DNA of 64,000 nt, from assembly GCA_051362555.1 (NCBI GenBank), contig CM120642.1:17794001-17858000 (forward strand). The letters are read 5' to 3'. Made by a program: the position numbers and the translations under genes. The notes beneath the pieces were generated by a model. The model did not search any database, was not told where the DNA came from, and saw only the letters and a list, made by a program, of their open reading frames with translations. Shown one piece after another: positions 24,401-37,673 of this stretch (its first letter is position 1; every line of letters begins with the position of its first letter). This stretch comes from Lingula anatina (taxonomy: Eukaryota > Animalia > Brachiopoda).

Positions 24401-27400
24401 GTTGTTATTTATTTCTCATCTTTTCGAATGCATACGCTGTAAAAATACACATAATGCATATATACCTTTTCTGAGATTTTCACAAAAAAAAAATAAATAT
24501 TAATAATAATAATAAGAGATGAACAAAGAAGTTTTCCATTCAAAATGCACTCATTTCTCCACCTCTGTTTTTCAACTGAATTTGGAATTAAATTCAGCCA
24601 ATTTCCTGCACCAGAACACATTTCTCACACCATCAATACACTAAAGAAACAACATTCATATTTACTGGAGAGTAACAGTTGTGTACCTAACCAAACAGCA
24701 TGCCTTCTTTAACATCTTGTCTCTCTACCAAATTGTAATAGTATTAGATGCGGAAGAAAAGAAATCACAATGCAGCCCTGGCTAAGGGTGTTTATTACTG
24801 CCAGTAAGGACGAACCCAAATATTACAAAGAAAAAATTATATAACAACCAATGTATGGGTCACTGCTCTGTAAAATTGATGGTCAAGTAACAAGTAGAGC
24901 ATGCCCTGAGGATACCTGCATTGAAAGTAAGATAGAAAACAAGTCAAAGTGCGTTGTCAATTGAAGCATAAAAAAATTAGGGTTCAGTAAAATTAGTATT
25001 ATAATTATCATTTGAACTAGTTTTTTCTTTCACTTGAAAAATGTGGCAATCCTAATAGAATGTCTCAAATGCCACAAATATCCTTACATCATTGCAATCT
25101 GGTGTACAAACATCTTCTATAGCTATCTAAGATTAAGCAGACAAAATAACATTTGTAAAAGGAGTGTTAAATTTACATGGGTTCTCTCCTTCCCCTATAA
25201 ACCTGCGTATTTTGTGCACACAACAAAGCTGTGTGTTTGTGTAAACATGAAAGTGTGCACATACATACATTATGTCCGCTGCAGACTAGATTTTTTTTTT
25301 TTTTTTTGTTTAATGGAAAGAATTTTTATTGTTCAACCATCATTGCCATTTGATCACTGATGGGAAGAAAATACTTGAGCGATGCAGATTCAATGACACC
25401 ACATGAACCTGCTGTCTATTACCTATACACGCGTGCGTGTGTTGGCCTATATCGATGTGACTGCAATTGGTTTTGCTTGATATGCGCTTGGAAACATGCA
25501 AACTCATACTACACTCCACAGTGCATGAACGGTTTTTTTTTTCAAGTGGACGTGTAGGTAGGCCTATATGTCACTGGGGAATCTGGGGTATCTTAATTAA
25601 AAGTCATGTGGCAGGGGTAAGCAACATCAGGTTAGAAATGCTCGCAATAAGTCACTCACTTTACTGAGTTGCATTTAAATTCATTTTACGAGGGCTAAAA
25701 GTATCTGGAAAAAATGCCCCCTTTTCCTTTGGTCTCCCCATATGCGTACTCAGGGGCGGATTCAGGATTATTTGAAAGGGGGGGGGGGAGTCCAGAACGA
25801 CAGGCCTCGGATGCGAAGCCGACCATCGCCCCTTTGGTGTGGGGTTCGGCGCTTGCTCAAGGGCCCCGAACATTTTTTGTTTATTTGGAGAGCAAACAGT
25901 GCCCTTTGGTACGGTTAAGAACTATGATTTAGCTACTCAAAATTCTAATTTCAAGAAAGGAATATTGGTGTGATATATTTTTCGAAAACCGAAGGGGGGG
26001 TGTCAGGACCCCCCCCCCTCCCCTGACAACCGTGTACTCACCTCCGCCACTCCTGTAGGCCAAGAAAGGGAATCGCCACACATTACCCAAGCCCACGGCA
26101 TACCCAATACAGGAGAGGATGAAGTCGAGCTTGCCGCCCCAGTTTCCTCGCTCTTTATTCTCATCTCCCTCTGTCACCAGGGAGGAAACCTCCACAGTCT
26201 CTCCATCCTGAAGAAAGTAAAAAAAGGATTAATATATCTGTTGCCTTAACTTTTTTATTCTCTTTGTTTCTCTCATTGCTAGAAGAAATGCGCGATCAAA
26301 GCATCGTCTTGATACAAAAAAGTATTTTTTACTTAAATCTGAAGTATTGTCACAGTAGTCTGAAGACAAAAAAAGACAGTTATTCGTTAATAGGTCTAGA
26401 AGATTGGTGCACTATTTTTAGGGTGAATCATTTTCCTATTCACCTCTTTCTCGAACCCAAAACTGGTGATTTCGTATGAAATCTTTATCGATTTCACTGT
26501 ATTTCAAATGTTTATTGTAACTTAAACATTACGGGTTTTGAAATATGTGCGGTTGAGCTGTGTATGCAATACCAGTGAAAGATGAACAAAAGTATCGCCC
26601 TTAATTAGCCTACTCTAAATCATATGTCTAAAAGTATCCATTGTGTAATCTCTGTTCTAAAATTGATAAACACTACAAAAGATGAAAACGGACTAAGTGA
26701 AGCAATTGACACATATATTTGGTAAAGGGAATAAAAAATCCAAATTTTAAATGTTAATTTCTCAACAACTATCAACAAAAATTCAAAAAAATTACACACT
26801 ATTTTTAAAGCACATGATGTTGCCTCCATCATTTAAAAGCTAGAATTTGTATGACAGCCACGCAACGTTTTAAATAAAATGACAATTTAGATGACAATTT
26901 AGATACAATATGTCGGTATCAGGTGTATTTTTGGCTCTAGGACGATGCTTCCATACTGCCGGGCCCTCTATCCGATTAATGAATGAATTTGAACTGATAA
27001 GTGGCCACATTCAATAACATTTAGGATGCATGAGAACTTTCTGAACAACTTTCATCGTATTTTTTTGTAAACAGTTTATGCCAAATTTACATTTCACTGT
27101 TTCCAAACTCTCATCATCTCAGCGTGTGTGTAGCCAAGAAATACAAGGTGGTCGGTGAGTCCATGACGGCAAGTACTAATTTATAGATAAAAATAACAAT
27201 AACCTAGGGAGATATTCACCTGATACAGGTCATAAAATGACCGAGAGAAGAGTCTAAGAGTGCCAGAGAAGACTGTTTAATCAGTTTATCATAAACATTA
27301 CACATGCAACTTCTAGACGCCTTAAGCTGCCATTGCGTTTCTTGATTTACAATATTTTATAATTATTACGTACAAAACATAGATATAATGCCTCAGCTAC

Positions 27401-29123
27401 TGAGTCTAAATTTTTTTGTGGCCACGAGCTACTATACAGCTGTATGAAGTAGAATACAGTAAACTTAAACTAATTTGCAGATAATTTTTGAGTTGTTATA
27501 ATCGGAATTTTGATGTTTTTGTTATTATTAACTTGGGGCTTGTTGCACAAATTAATTTCTATTTTAGACGAAAATTCTGGTCAATTATGACCCAAGCTAT
27601 ATCACTTTTGGTCCGACTAAATGAAATATTGTAACTGTTTTATAATAAAAAGCTTACGTTTCCGACCTGAGCTTACTTTATTCAGTTCAACTGTTTTACA
27701 TCTATCTTCAACTGAATTAGGCCAAAATTTTGGTCTAAAACTTCAGACCAAATTTTTGGACTAAAGAGCGTTTGTTAAACCGTTCCCTGATCTGATACAA
27801 AGAAATATTTTCCATCTTAAGTAGTGCACGCATGCTATCCCTATGTCATTTTACATCCCCTCCAAATATTTGAAAAATCTCATTACTTTAACAGTTATGT
27901 TAATTATTACAAACACGCACATTCCCTGGGTCGGGGGGGTCATATTGATAACTAGAAAAGCACTCCGAGAGCACAGACCTTCGCCAAGGCAGTAATTTTT
28001 TATTATTATTGATTATTGATTGATTATTGATCCTTATCACCACCAAAAACTAACCATCTCTTCCTTGGCCCACTTCTGACAGTTCCTGAAAATTTCATCA
28101 AAATCGGTCCATAACTTTTTGAGTTATGTTGATGACGAACAAACAAACAAACAAACAAACAAACAGGGGTGAAAACATAACCTCCTTGGCGGAGGTAATA
28201 TGTCTTGCATATTTGTGTGTGTGTGTGTGCGTGTTGGGGCGGGAAGGGGGAGAGAGAGAGAAGGGGGGGGTCGCTCGTTAGGTACGATAAACCGTCAAGT
28301 CCAAGGACATCAATTTTAAAGGTTGAAGCAGGGACAAATGGAGCTAGTGTGCCTAGTCATGAAAGCACAGGTATCAATGTATGAAGGGCTATCCATGCGG
28401 TGTCACAGTTTCAGACTTTCGGTTGGATTCCCCAAAGGAGATGAAAAGGTTTAACAAAACGTGCAGATAGATGTAAATGACCAGTAGAAAAAAAAAGATC
28501 ATTAACATGTTAACTTTGGTTAAAAGAGAGAAAGATTTAGATGCCATATATACACACAATCACAAAATATGTTGATAACTATAATGAAATTATAACATTA
28601 CAGTGACAACGGATGTGAAGGTATGAGTTTGGAAGACCAAGATATTGAAAATATGGATGAACTACAATATAGACATGATGTCGCAAAGAGCGATAATTTC
28701 AAAGCCGAAATTACAGGGAGGTTGTATGCAAACGGGTGGGTAAATACGAAAGACACAGTTAACCAGGGGCCGATCCAGGACTATTTGAAGGGGGCGGCGA
28801 CCGGTATTGGGAATCAAGGGCCTAGGATGTAAAACCGACCCTCGTCATTTTGGAGTGGGGTTAGGGGCCCGCTGAAGAGCCCCGAAAAAAAAATTGATGT
28901 TTTGGAGGGCGTACGGTGCCGTTCGATAGGGTTTTAAACTATAATTCAGCTAGTCAAAAGTCTAAATTTCAGAAACCGAAAAGGGGGGGGGGGGGGGGGG
29001 GGGGGGGTCAGGACCCCCCTGTCACCCCCTAAATCCGCCACTGAGTTAGCAATGTCAAGCATCATTTATAAAACACAGGCATCAGACAATTTGACTGAAG
29101 TATTTTATATTTAATAATAACAA

Positions 29124-29158
<35 letters not shown>

Positions 29159-32100
29159 AAAACCGACCATGGTTGTTTCACAAAGTACACTTAACTGTTT
29201 TTTAAGTGCGCACTTTGGCTTCCACATTTATGACGCATGCAACACCCATGACTACACACAAATAATAAAACTAGTGAATCCCTTCAGTATTATTCATTAT
29301 GTTCCTGCCTTCATATTCTACTTATCTTTAAACCGGTTCAACAAGACTGTGTCATTATCATAAACAGGCATTGTTGCACCTTGCCAAAGAGAAATTTTTT
29401 AAAATAAAAAATATGTCAAGATATATAAGATATGACACTACTGAGGCAAAGGGGTGGGGTCTAATACAAAAGCATGTCCCTAAAATGGATCATTTTACTA
29501 CTGAGGGTTGTGTCTTGTGGGAGTTAGAGTGGGAAGAGGTGGTTTATTGTTTAAAAAATGAATTATCGTGAATCATTTATAATGAATGCATGAATTTGTA
29601 ATTTTATTATCAATGTTTCAGATTATTTTGTTGGGTCAAAGGCATTCTTAAATGCACTTGTACTGAGATAGATAAATGATAATAGATAATGATAAATAAT
29701 AATAAGAATGTCAGATGAGTTCAGCTTAATATATCTTGGTACTGATAAATATATTTTTAACCATCAGATGAGCCAATCAACCACAATGTTAGTAAGGTGT
29801 TGCATGTCAAAATTTTTTTAAAGTATCAGACAGAAAGAATTGGGCTGTAAAACCACAAACATTTTTTTAAATAATGAAAAAAGGAGATGCCATTGTTTGG
29901 CAAGGTAAGTACACCCTGTGGTAAGACAACACGAGACAAAAATACTAATTATAATGATAAAAGATGTTTCTATTTACCAGCCAAGGTAATTTCCGCCTTA
30001 CCTGTTTCTTTTTTTATCTAGACAGGTAGGTTACAAAGTGAGATAAAGAATATGTGGGGGAGGGGGTTGAATCACACTACAAAACTGTCACAAAAGTAGC
30101 TATCAGTGGTGATATTATGATAATCTGTTATTTATCTTGTCTTATTGTTGTCTTCTCTATACAAATACAGACATGCTTACACAAGAACCACTTATTTTTA
30201 AGCCTAGAAACAAAGGCGGATCCAGAATTATTTGAAAGGGGGGGGGGGGGAGGCTATGATACAGCTAGTCAAAATTCTAATTTCAAGAGGGGGCCATTGG
30301 TGCACCTTTTTCAGAAATCAAAGTGGGGGTGGGGGGTGGGGGTAGGACCCCCTGACCTGGTACAATGCCTGTTTTTTTTTCACTTATAAATTATGAAATT
30401 GTTACAAACTATAAAGGAATTGAACTGTTTGCTGATGTAATCGACATACACTGCTTTTATATTATACACTGCACGTACATTGTTAGTAGGCTCTGCTATA
30501 CTGTGCAAGTCAATTAATAAATTATACATCTATTAATATAAATATTTTCTTTCATCAAGTCACTGGTGTAAGTGCAATATATGGTCAAATATACTCCGTG
30601 TCTGAGCAGTTACAAAGGTGTGGAGAAAAGCGACATAAACACTGGCAAATAACTGAAGCCCCGAGGACAAGGAAGTTAACAAAAGAGTACCAAAACCACA
30701 TCGTTATTAATACTTTTACGTCATGACTGTGACACTGTAATTTAAAATAATAGTTCTTGTACAAAACCCCACACCATTCTAAAAATGTTGAATCATTTAT
30801 GTAAAGCTGCTCATGCAGTGACTCACAGTATTTTGTAAGATTTTAATTTACTTGCAGATTAAATTGAAAAATATATTCCAGCTATACTTATCTACAAGTT
30901 TTATTGTATTTTGTGCAGCATGTTTTTATGTTTTGAGATAAGAATAAGTTCACCCTAAATATGAAATGAATGCAGGAATGCAAAGAGAAAAAGGGCGGGG
31001 GGGGGGGGGGGGGGGGGGGGGGGGGAGGGAAGAGAAAGAAATTTTCTTTAAAATTGAGACCTTCTTGTGTATGCATTCTACCAGTACTTCAATAAATATA
31101 AGGCAATATTATGGCAACAGTAAGATATTATCATCATTATGTTTTTTTTTTTTTTTACTTTGTGGTCTTAATAGCACATATACTGACCTCCAAAAGACTT
31201 ATTTGTCATCGGGATAGTACATAGATATCAAAGTGTTAATTTCTGAATATCTTTCCAAATTCTGAAGTCACTAACACAATACAACATTATGCCTTTGACC
31301 CCATTTCCAGAGATTAGATCGATCTACTTTAGATTGACCCAACTCCCTGGGGGTTCACGCTAAATAACTGTCAGCTGAGCGGACACGAAAGTTAACTACC
31401 CCCTTACAGCTTGTAGTAGGCGGGACGGACATTTAAGCCGGATTATCTGACAGTAATCTAGTGAGACTCCCCACAGGGATAGATCGATCTAAAAGCTCTG
31501 GGAATACAGCCTTAGTGATATTCTAGTAGAAATAAAGATATCCTTGACATAACCCTTTATCTAGAAGGAAAAACAAAATGTCCTTCAGAGTCACACTCCA
31601 TATCATGTTTTTGATAAGTGATATTTTGACGTGTATCAAGTATCAATTTTCAGTTTGCCTTTAGAAAAAAAATAATAGATTCTTCCATTACCAATTGTTC
31701 ACTTTGAGAGCACTTAAGGATAGTGACAAACAAGTGACAAACAAATTACAATATAAGTTAATATATTTGTAAAGCAGCAGTGCCAAACCTTTCTGTGCTT
31801 CATTTTTTACGAAAATCTTAAAACCTAGCCCATATACCAGTAACAGTATAACCAAACATTTCTTTTCAGTCCTCATCCCACCAACATAGGGGTTGACCTT
31901 TATGCAGTGAAAGTTTAGGGAAAGTTATTCAGCAAAGCTATTCAACAAAGGAACTATCCAAATAAAAATCTATTTTTCTCCTTTTTAAAGAGCTTTCTGT
32001 TCATATTGTTTAAACATACTAAGTCTGTTCAAATTTTCTTTCAATTTACAGCATATTTTATGATTGGATCCGTGCTTTTGTTAGTTACACAATTCTATTT

Positions 32101-35100
32101 TTAAGTAAGAAACATCTAGACATTACTGCAGACATGTTACAATACCTAACTTAACAGAACATGCTCAGGCTTGGACCAGGGTACTTTGCAAATATTAGTT
32201 TAATATTGAAATTGCAGAGTGTAATTTCAGATTGAGAAGTAATTTTCACATGCATACACCTGTGCTACTTCTTACATCAAAATATTTCTTATGTAAACAA
32301 GTATATAGCTGGAGTAATCAACTTTCCAGCACTTTTTCAAACAACTTTTTATCTGAAGCATGGTTACAACTTTGAACAACACTGTTCTTAGCTACAAATA
32401 TAGGTTGAACAATGTCCAATGCTTCCCATTTTAAACTCTAAATATTCTATTGCTTTGTATTCTGTTCACCTAATATTTGCCTTCCTTTTATTAATGTACT
32501 GTTTACCCTGAACAAACCATAGAAGGCCTCCACCCTCTTGGAGGCAACAACCCCAAATCTAGTAGACTGCATGCAAACATTGCAAAAGAACCATGTTCCC
32601 TTTTAAATAATTATACCCTGAGTTTCACTGTGCATTTACGAACATCCCCCACTTTATCTTACATTACGGGCCTATAATTATATGCTTTCAAAGTTCTCTC
32701 AGGGTGAGAACTCTCTGCCTCCAATTATTCTATAGTGTTACACTTTAAACAGGATTACGGGGGTTCATATAACGTAACTTGGAGCAGATATTTTGGTTCA
32801 CGCAACAATCCACTGCTGAGAAGTATGCCACGCCCTTTTTTTTTTCTCTTACAGTTTAACAGGCTTTCAGTGTTCATGTTTTCTATAAGCTGGCTAGCAG
32901 GTTTTATAATAAAATTACTTTAATTTGCAGTTTTTTATAGAGATAATTGTTTTTAACATACACCATTTCATATATTCATGGCCTGATACAAGTAAAAAAG
33001 GCATTTATTTTAAAAAAATTAAATGTTCAAAAATAAGATCAAATAAAAACAAACACCTGTGCTACCACCATCAAGTTTGCCCTGAATGAACATGCTTACT
33101 CACTCCCCTTCTTTCATTGCCATTTTTGTAGTCTGTATTGTTGTTGTTCTTCTTTTCAAAGGGTTTTATTCTTTGATGAGGGGAATGACGGCTAAAATGC
33201 ATGTAGGAAAAAACTAGTTTCCAGGCCATATTATTTTGTACTCAACCTCAAGAACAAGTTTCTGGAGTGTAAAACAAACAATCCACTCAAGGAATTTCCC
33301 CAAGCGATCTTCAGCAAATGTTGACTACATAACTGACTCCACAACTGTAACCACCATGCTTCTGACAAAAAAAAAGCTACATAATGTTGTATATATGCTG
33401 TATACAGTTTTTTTGGTTAACTTTTCCTTAACTTGGCTTTAACCAAATTTATGCTTTAATTTGTTTATTTCTTTTATCAATTTCAGGCAAAAAGGAGGAA
33501 AATTTGAGCTTGGGTACTTGATGCAGTTCATTACTAATAAGGACATGACAATTATAAATTCATGCAACTAAATTCAACATAGGCATGCTCGTTGAGATTT
33601 AAATAAAAAATCCACTATTTTAAAAAGCCTTTTTTGTGTGTGTATGTGTGTCAACAACTTTGAAGTAATAAGTGCTACCAATAAGTCTATGATAGTGGAA
33701 GAGTAAATTGCTGTCCCCAAAAAAAGCTTAAGGCAAACAATAATATGTTCTGAATAATAAATAACATTTATATTTGTTTAACCTCATCTTACAGCTAAAC
33801 CAGTGCATCACCTTGGTTGCTTAGTTTTGTTTAGGTGGGTGGGAGCATTTTCTTATGGTCTGATTGTTCAGATATAATAAAAAAGAAAAAAAAGCCTTTC
33901 ATCCAGAACTCATAATGCTACTGCTTTTATAAACTGACCTTTACAGCAACAGGGTAGAAAAACACAAACTACTTGTCGAAATATGGCTGAAACAGATGAC
34001 TTAAGTGTATTAAATTATACAATTCCACCAGGCATTTGCAAAACCCCATGCCCCTAAAAGAAACAAAAATTACTCCATGACAGGTAAATCTATGGCAACC
34101 AGTTCTAAGGGACTTGCATAGTTATGACAAGAACAAGGACAATGAATGCCGCGTGTCACTTTGACCTGCACCCTTTAAAATTTCTCAAGCATTTATTTGG
34201 AATCTAGCTACATCGCGGCTGTAGCAATAGTCCTTCGGACCAACGAACCTTTGATTAAAAAACTGGTGAAAATGTGTTGATTTTTTTGACCAATGAACCT
34301 TCGGACCAATGAATCTTCAAACTATCGAGACGCCCTCACTCGATCCACCATAATTTGAGAACTGTCCTGCAAACCTACACTGTTTATAGACCAGACAATA
34401 TGGAATGACAGCTAATACAATGAAAGCTATATATTTGATAGCCAGAGAGGAGAAGACTGTTATAGATCCTTGGACACTAGCATGCAAATAGGCATGTAGA
34501 AAGGGGTCATTTCTCCTATGACAGTATGGAGTTATGTCACCAAAGGCTGCCCTTTAAGTATGACAGAGTACCTGTGTGTGAAGAGAGAGCCCTTACAAAT
34601 ACCATGCCTTCATTGTATAATGATATAAAGACCAGCAGACTGGCTGTCTCTCTGTGATAACAGTTCCTTAAAGGACAAATGAACTGATTGCAGGTTAATT
34701 TTGGGTGTGTGCAATTATACACATGGTACCATCATTCACCGTTCATTTTAGTGTTTGGAATATGTAGAAAAAAGGGTGGAAAAAATGAAGGGTTTGAAGG
34801 ATAACTACTTTAAGTTAACAAATTACATTATCTAGACAGTTATTATACATCTATCTAGCTAAAAGACACAGAGGTGTCCTTCTCAAATCACAATTAATCT
34901 GTTGTTAATTTTGATTCTTGATCTTCCACATGGTTCGAATTCAATAATAATGGTGATGTTAAATTATAGAAGGCACATGCCATAAATTCAACATTACCTT
35001 ACAAAATTTCAATTTACTTGTTAAGAAACAGTTGCTTTGATTTGCCAAAGACCCCCTCCCCCCAAAAAAAAGAAGAAAGGAAGGAAGAAAGGAAGGAAAG

Positions 35101-37673
35101 AAAGAAAAAGGAAGGAAAATGTTTTTGATGAATTGATTAAATTTCTTCAAGGCAGATTCACAGATCTAGATCATCAAGAAAGAGGGATATCTTCATGTAA
35201 ACTGCCATTATGCCCCCCGTTCTGCAATGATGGGTAACCACAATGCTTAACCCTTGATGTGCTAATTATCCCAAGATAAAACAGTAAATTGCATTTGTTC
35301 AAAAATATGTAGCCTAAAAACTTCATTACTCTAACTTACAAGTCGCAAAAAACTTCACATATCTGTGGAATGATCTGTTGGTATATGGATGTATGTTGTT
35401 TTGAAGGAGAAGAGGTTCAGTTAGTGTTGGGATCTAATGAGTATATAACATGTAATCTCCATTTTAGAGTGGCTATTTTCCATCTTGCTGTAAACTTCAC
35501 CTACTCCGTCTTCTGTTTGCACACATTATGGATGGGGGGCAGGCAATATAGCAGTTAACACATATCATAGACAATGTAATATCTATAAAACGCACTGATG
35601 TGACCTATCTCTTTTTTAAACGGCAATTCTTATATTTACTTAATTTAATTCTTACTACTTTTTAATGAATTTAATTTTTTTTACAGGGTAATGGATTTCC
35701 CATATGGTAATTGAATTATACAACTTAAGCTGTATCAGACTTATTCCCAATGCGATTCTAGATAAAAGGATGAAAAAAAACTTGTGTCAATTTTCAGGTT
35801 GTTTCCCAACATGTTGTATCTTTATATGGTACCTATTCTCACATACTGAATGCAGGTAAACAGAGGTAATATTAAATTACTGTACATCTCAGTAGACATA
35901 TAGATTCTATTATGTAATTGTCAACCTGTTTCATGCAACTATATGCTTCTGTAAAATTCTTATAATTCTTCAGAAAATCATGCCCAACGCAATGACCTTT
36001 TTTCACTGAAGAATGAAAGGTGTCCCTTCAGTGGTGACACAGAAGAGAAACGGCTAGGTTGGTGACAAATTTGACAATGGCTGTATAGAAATTGTAACTA
36101 ATTTTACCGGTGCACTGTATGAGTCAATAATACTGACAGACAGTTATAGGTGTACAGTGATATGGTAAATATGTTTAAAATATATGGCAGGTTTTACTTT
36201 GCTGTCATAAAATGGATTGCTTTTATCACTGTAAGAAAATGTATAAAGCAGACTTTATGAACCTGGTCAAATGGACCATGAAATTACAAAAATCAGAATG
36301 ATAAGATGTAACAGTTTTTGACTTTTTAGGCAGCATAGCAACTGGCTCTCTGCATAGTGAAACATATTTGTGAACACTGTGTGGTTGTGTGCGTGTGTGT
36401 GTGTGTGCGCGCGCGTGTGTGTGTGTGTGTGGATGTGAATGTGTGAACTTGAAAGCATAGTGTATATATGTACAAACACATTTCTGTTGTCATCTTCCCA
36501 TATGCATTTACCTATAATAAAGCCCAGTCTTTGCAGTGTCTATATACAAGCACCTGTTTGTTTTAATGGCCCAAGGCAGTCGTGAAGTTATGTGCAGCCA
36601 AATATGAAATCAAATATCCTTAAGCTACATTGGTCTTCAGTAGGACATGGCTTTCCAACTGCTAGTGCCTATATCTATACAAGTTATGTTGACATACATA
36701 CTTATCCTATATAATTTATTGTGGATAAGAATACAAAAATGTAACAATACAACACAGTTTTTGTAAGGAAAAGTAAACGGTTTTTGTGAATATATTTGTA
36801 TAAATATTATGTAATATATACTGCTATATTCAGTTCACAGTTGAGCTGTGACCATGACTTTCAAGTTTAAAAGAGCATAAAGTACTTTCAAGTTGACAGC
36901 ATAAATGATTCTACAGAACTGATAACATATCTAATGGGTACCTTAAAAGGTAGTAACCCTTCATCTTTCTTGATTTTGGATCTCCTTAAAACAAGTATTT
37001 CAATGAATCATGTTTTTAAGACTAAAATTCGAGTAACCTTAGCATCAAGACGCAGCCAACAAACTTTAAAAATTGATTCACATAAATGTGTGCTGCTTTC
37101 ATTTTTCTCTCATTCTATACATGTATCACTTTATGCTGTAAGTGTTTTCCACCTGAGTTAAATTTATTCACAAAAGACAGATACAGTGAGCATAAATATA
37201 TAGTTACATACAAAAACTACTCTTTCATCAAGTAAAATCCACATTTTCACAATTTAAGATCAAATTGTAAAATAGATAAGATAAAAAACAATATTTCTCC
37301 AAGCAAACTCAATGTAAAAGGAAGGACTCAAGTAAGATTCATATAATCTAACATAACCCTGTGGGAGGCCACGTCACATTCATTTAATGCAGGTAAGCAA
37401 AATGTAAATTTACTACCCAAGCAGAAAATCTCTCTTATCTGCCATGCAAAATCCTTAAAAAAGGAGTTAATGTCAAACTTATTTTCGATGGGTTCCCTTA
37501 AATACTCCATTTAAGAAAACAAGACCTTGGGGTATTTCACTTTTGAAGTTCACCTGTTTAAATCGCATCTTCTAAATCAAAACAACAACAAAATCCATCA
37601 CTATCACCTATAAGTTTTTAAAAGTGACAAATTAGAAACAAAAACTTACTGGAGACATATCAGTCTTCTCCAT
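18478..37673 (-). CDS. SLC6 Na+/Cl- dependent amino-acid transporter (proline/glycine transporter-like), 14 coding exons, ~624 aa: complement(join(18478..18639,18994..19158,19390..19490,19806..19905,20547..20675,21242..21479,21817..21920,22185..22319,22659..22791,23238..23319,23604..23807,24093..24224,26042..26207,37650..37673))
   Basis: NSS motifs: [87 protein letters not shown]. All junctions are phase-consistent. The first exon ([15 protein letters not shown], then gtaagt, phase 0) is inferred and less certain than the rest. Confidence 0.9.
20353..20521 (+). mobile_element. MITE family B (~169 bp, CAGGGGC TIRs, 5-bp TSD ATTGT)
   Basis: TIRs CAGGGGCGGAT / ATCTGCCCCTG; homologous to 46706 and, inverted, to 58766. 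Confidence 0.85.
25751..26033 (+). mobile_element. MITE family A, inserted at a splice donor of the SLC6 gene
   Basis: Starts CAGGGGCGGATTCAGG, has poly-G and GTCAGGACCCC near the end; GTACT on both flanks. Confidence 0.75.
27950..28200 (-). mobile_element. Non-autonomous Helentron-associated (HINE/DINE-1-like) rolling-circle element
   Basis: Minus strand: 5' ACCTCCGCCAAGGAGGT stem, (GTTT)n microsatellite, subterminal inverted copy CCTTGGCGAAGGT, short 3' stem-loop GTGCTCTCGGAGTGC, CTAGTT end; no TSD. Confidence 0.8.
28764..29043 (+). mobile_element. MITE family A
   Basis: TIRs CAGGGGCCGAT / ATCCGCCACTG; internal similarity to 25751; flanks AGTTAAC / AGTTAGC. Confidence 0.8.
30211..30360 (+). 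mobile_element. MITE family A, internally deleted copy
   Basis: GGCGGATCCAGAATTATTTGAAAGGGG ... AGCTAGTCAAAATTCTAATTTCAAG ... AGGACCCCCTG shared with 25751 and 28764. Confidence 0.7.
31297..31512 (+). mobile_element. MITE family D1
   Basis: Imperfect palindrome; closely matches 38986-39201 in reverse complement. Confidence 0.85.

Noticed and set aside
28623-28832. 69-aa ORF in the SLC6 intron
   Set aside because: No recognisable motif or splice signals; its 3' part runs into a MITE.
30997-31025. Long poly-G runs (also ~28984, ~55260, ~60126) as functional G-quadruplexes
   Set aside because: Several lie inside MITEs and homopolymer length is error-prone; no evidence of function.
33095-33125. 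Candidate alternative SLC6 first exon (ATG GCA ATG AAA GAA GGG GA|gtgagt on minus)
   Set aside because: It ends in phase 2, which is out of frame with exon 26207 and hits a stop within about 11 codons.
34232-34325. Short repeats CTTCGGACCAA(T/C)GAAC as a CRISPR-like array
   Set aside because: Few degenerate units, no regular unique spacers, eukaryotic context; more likely a minisatellite or MITE remnant.
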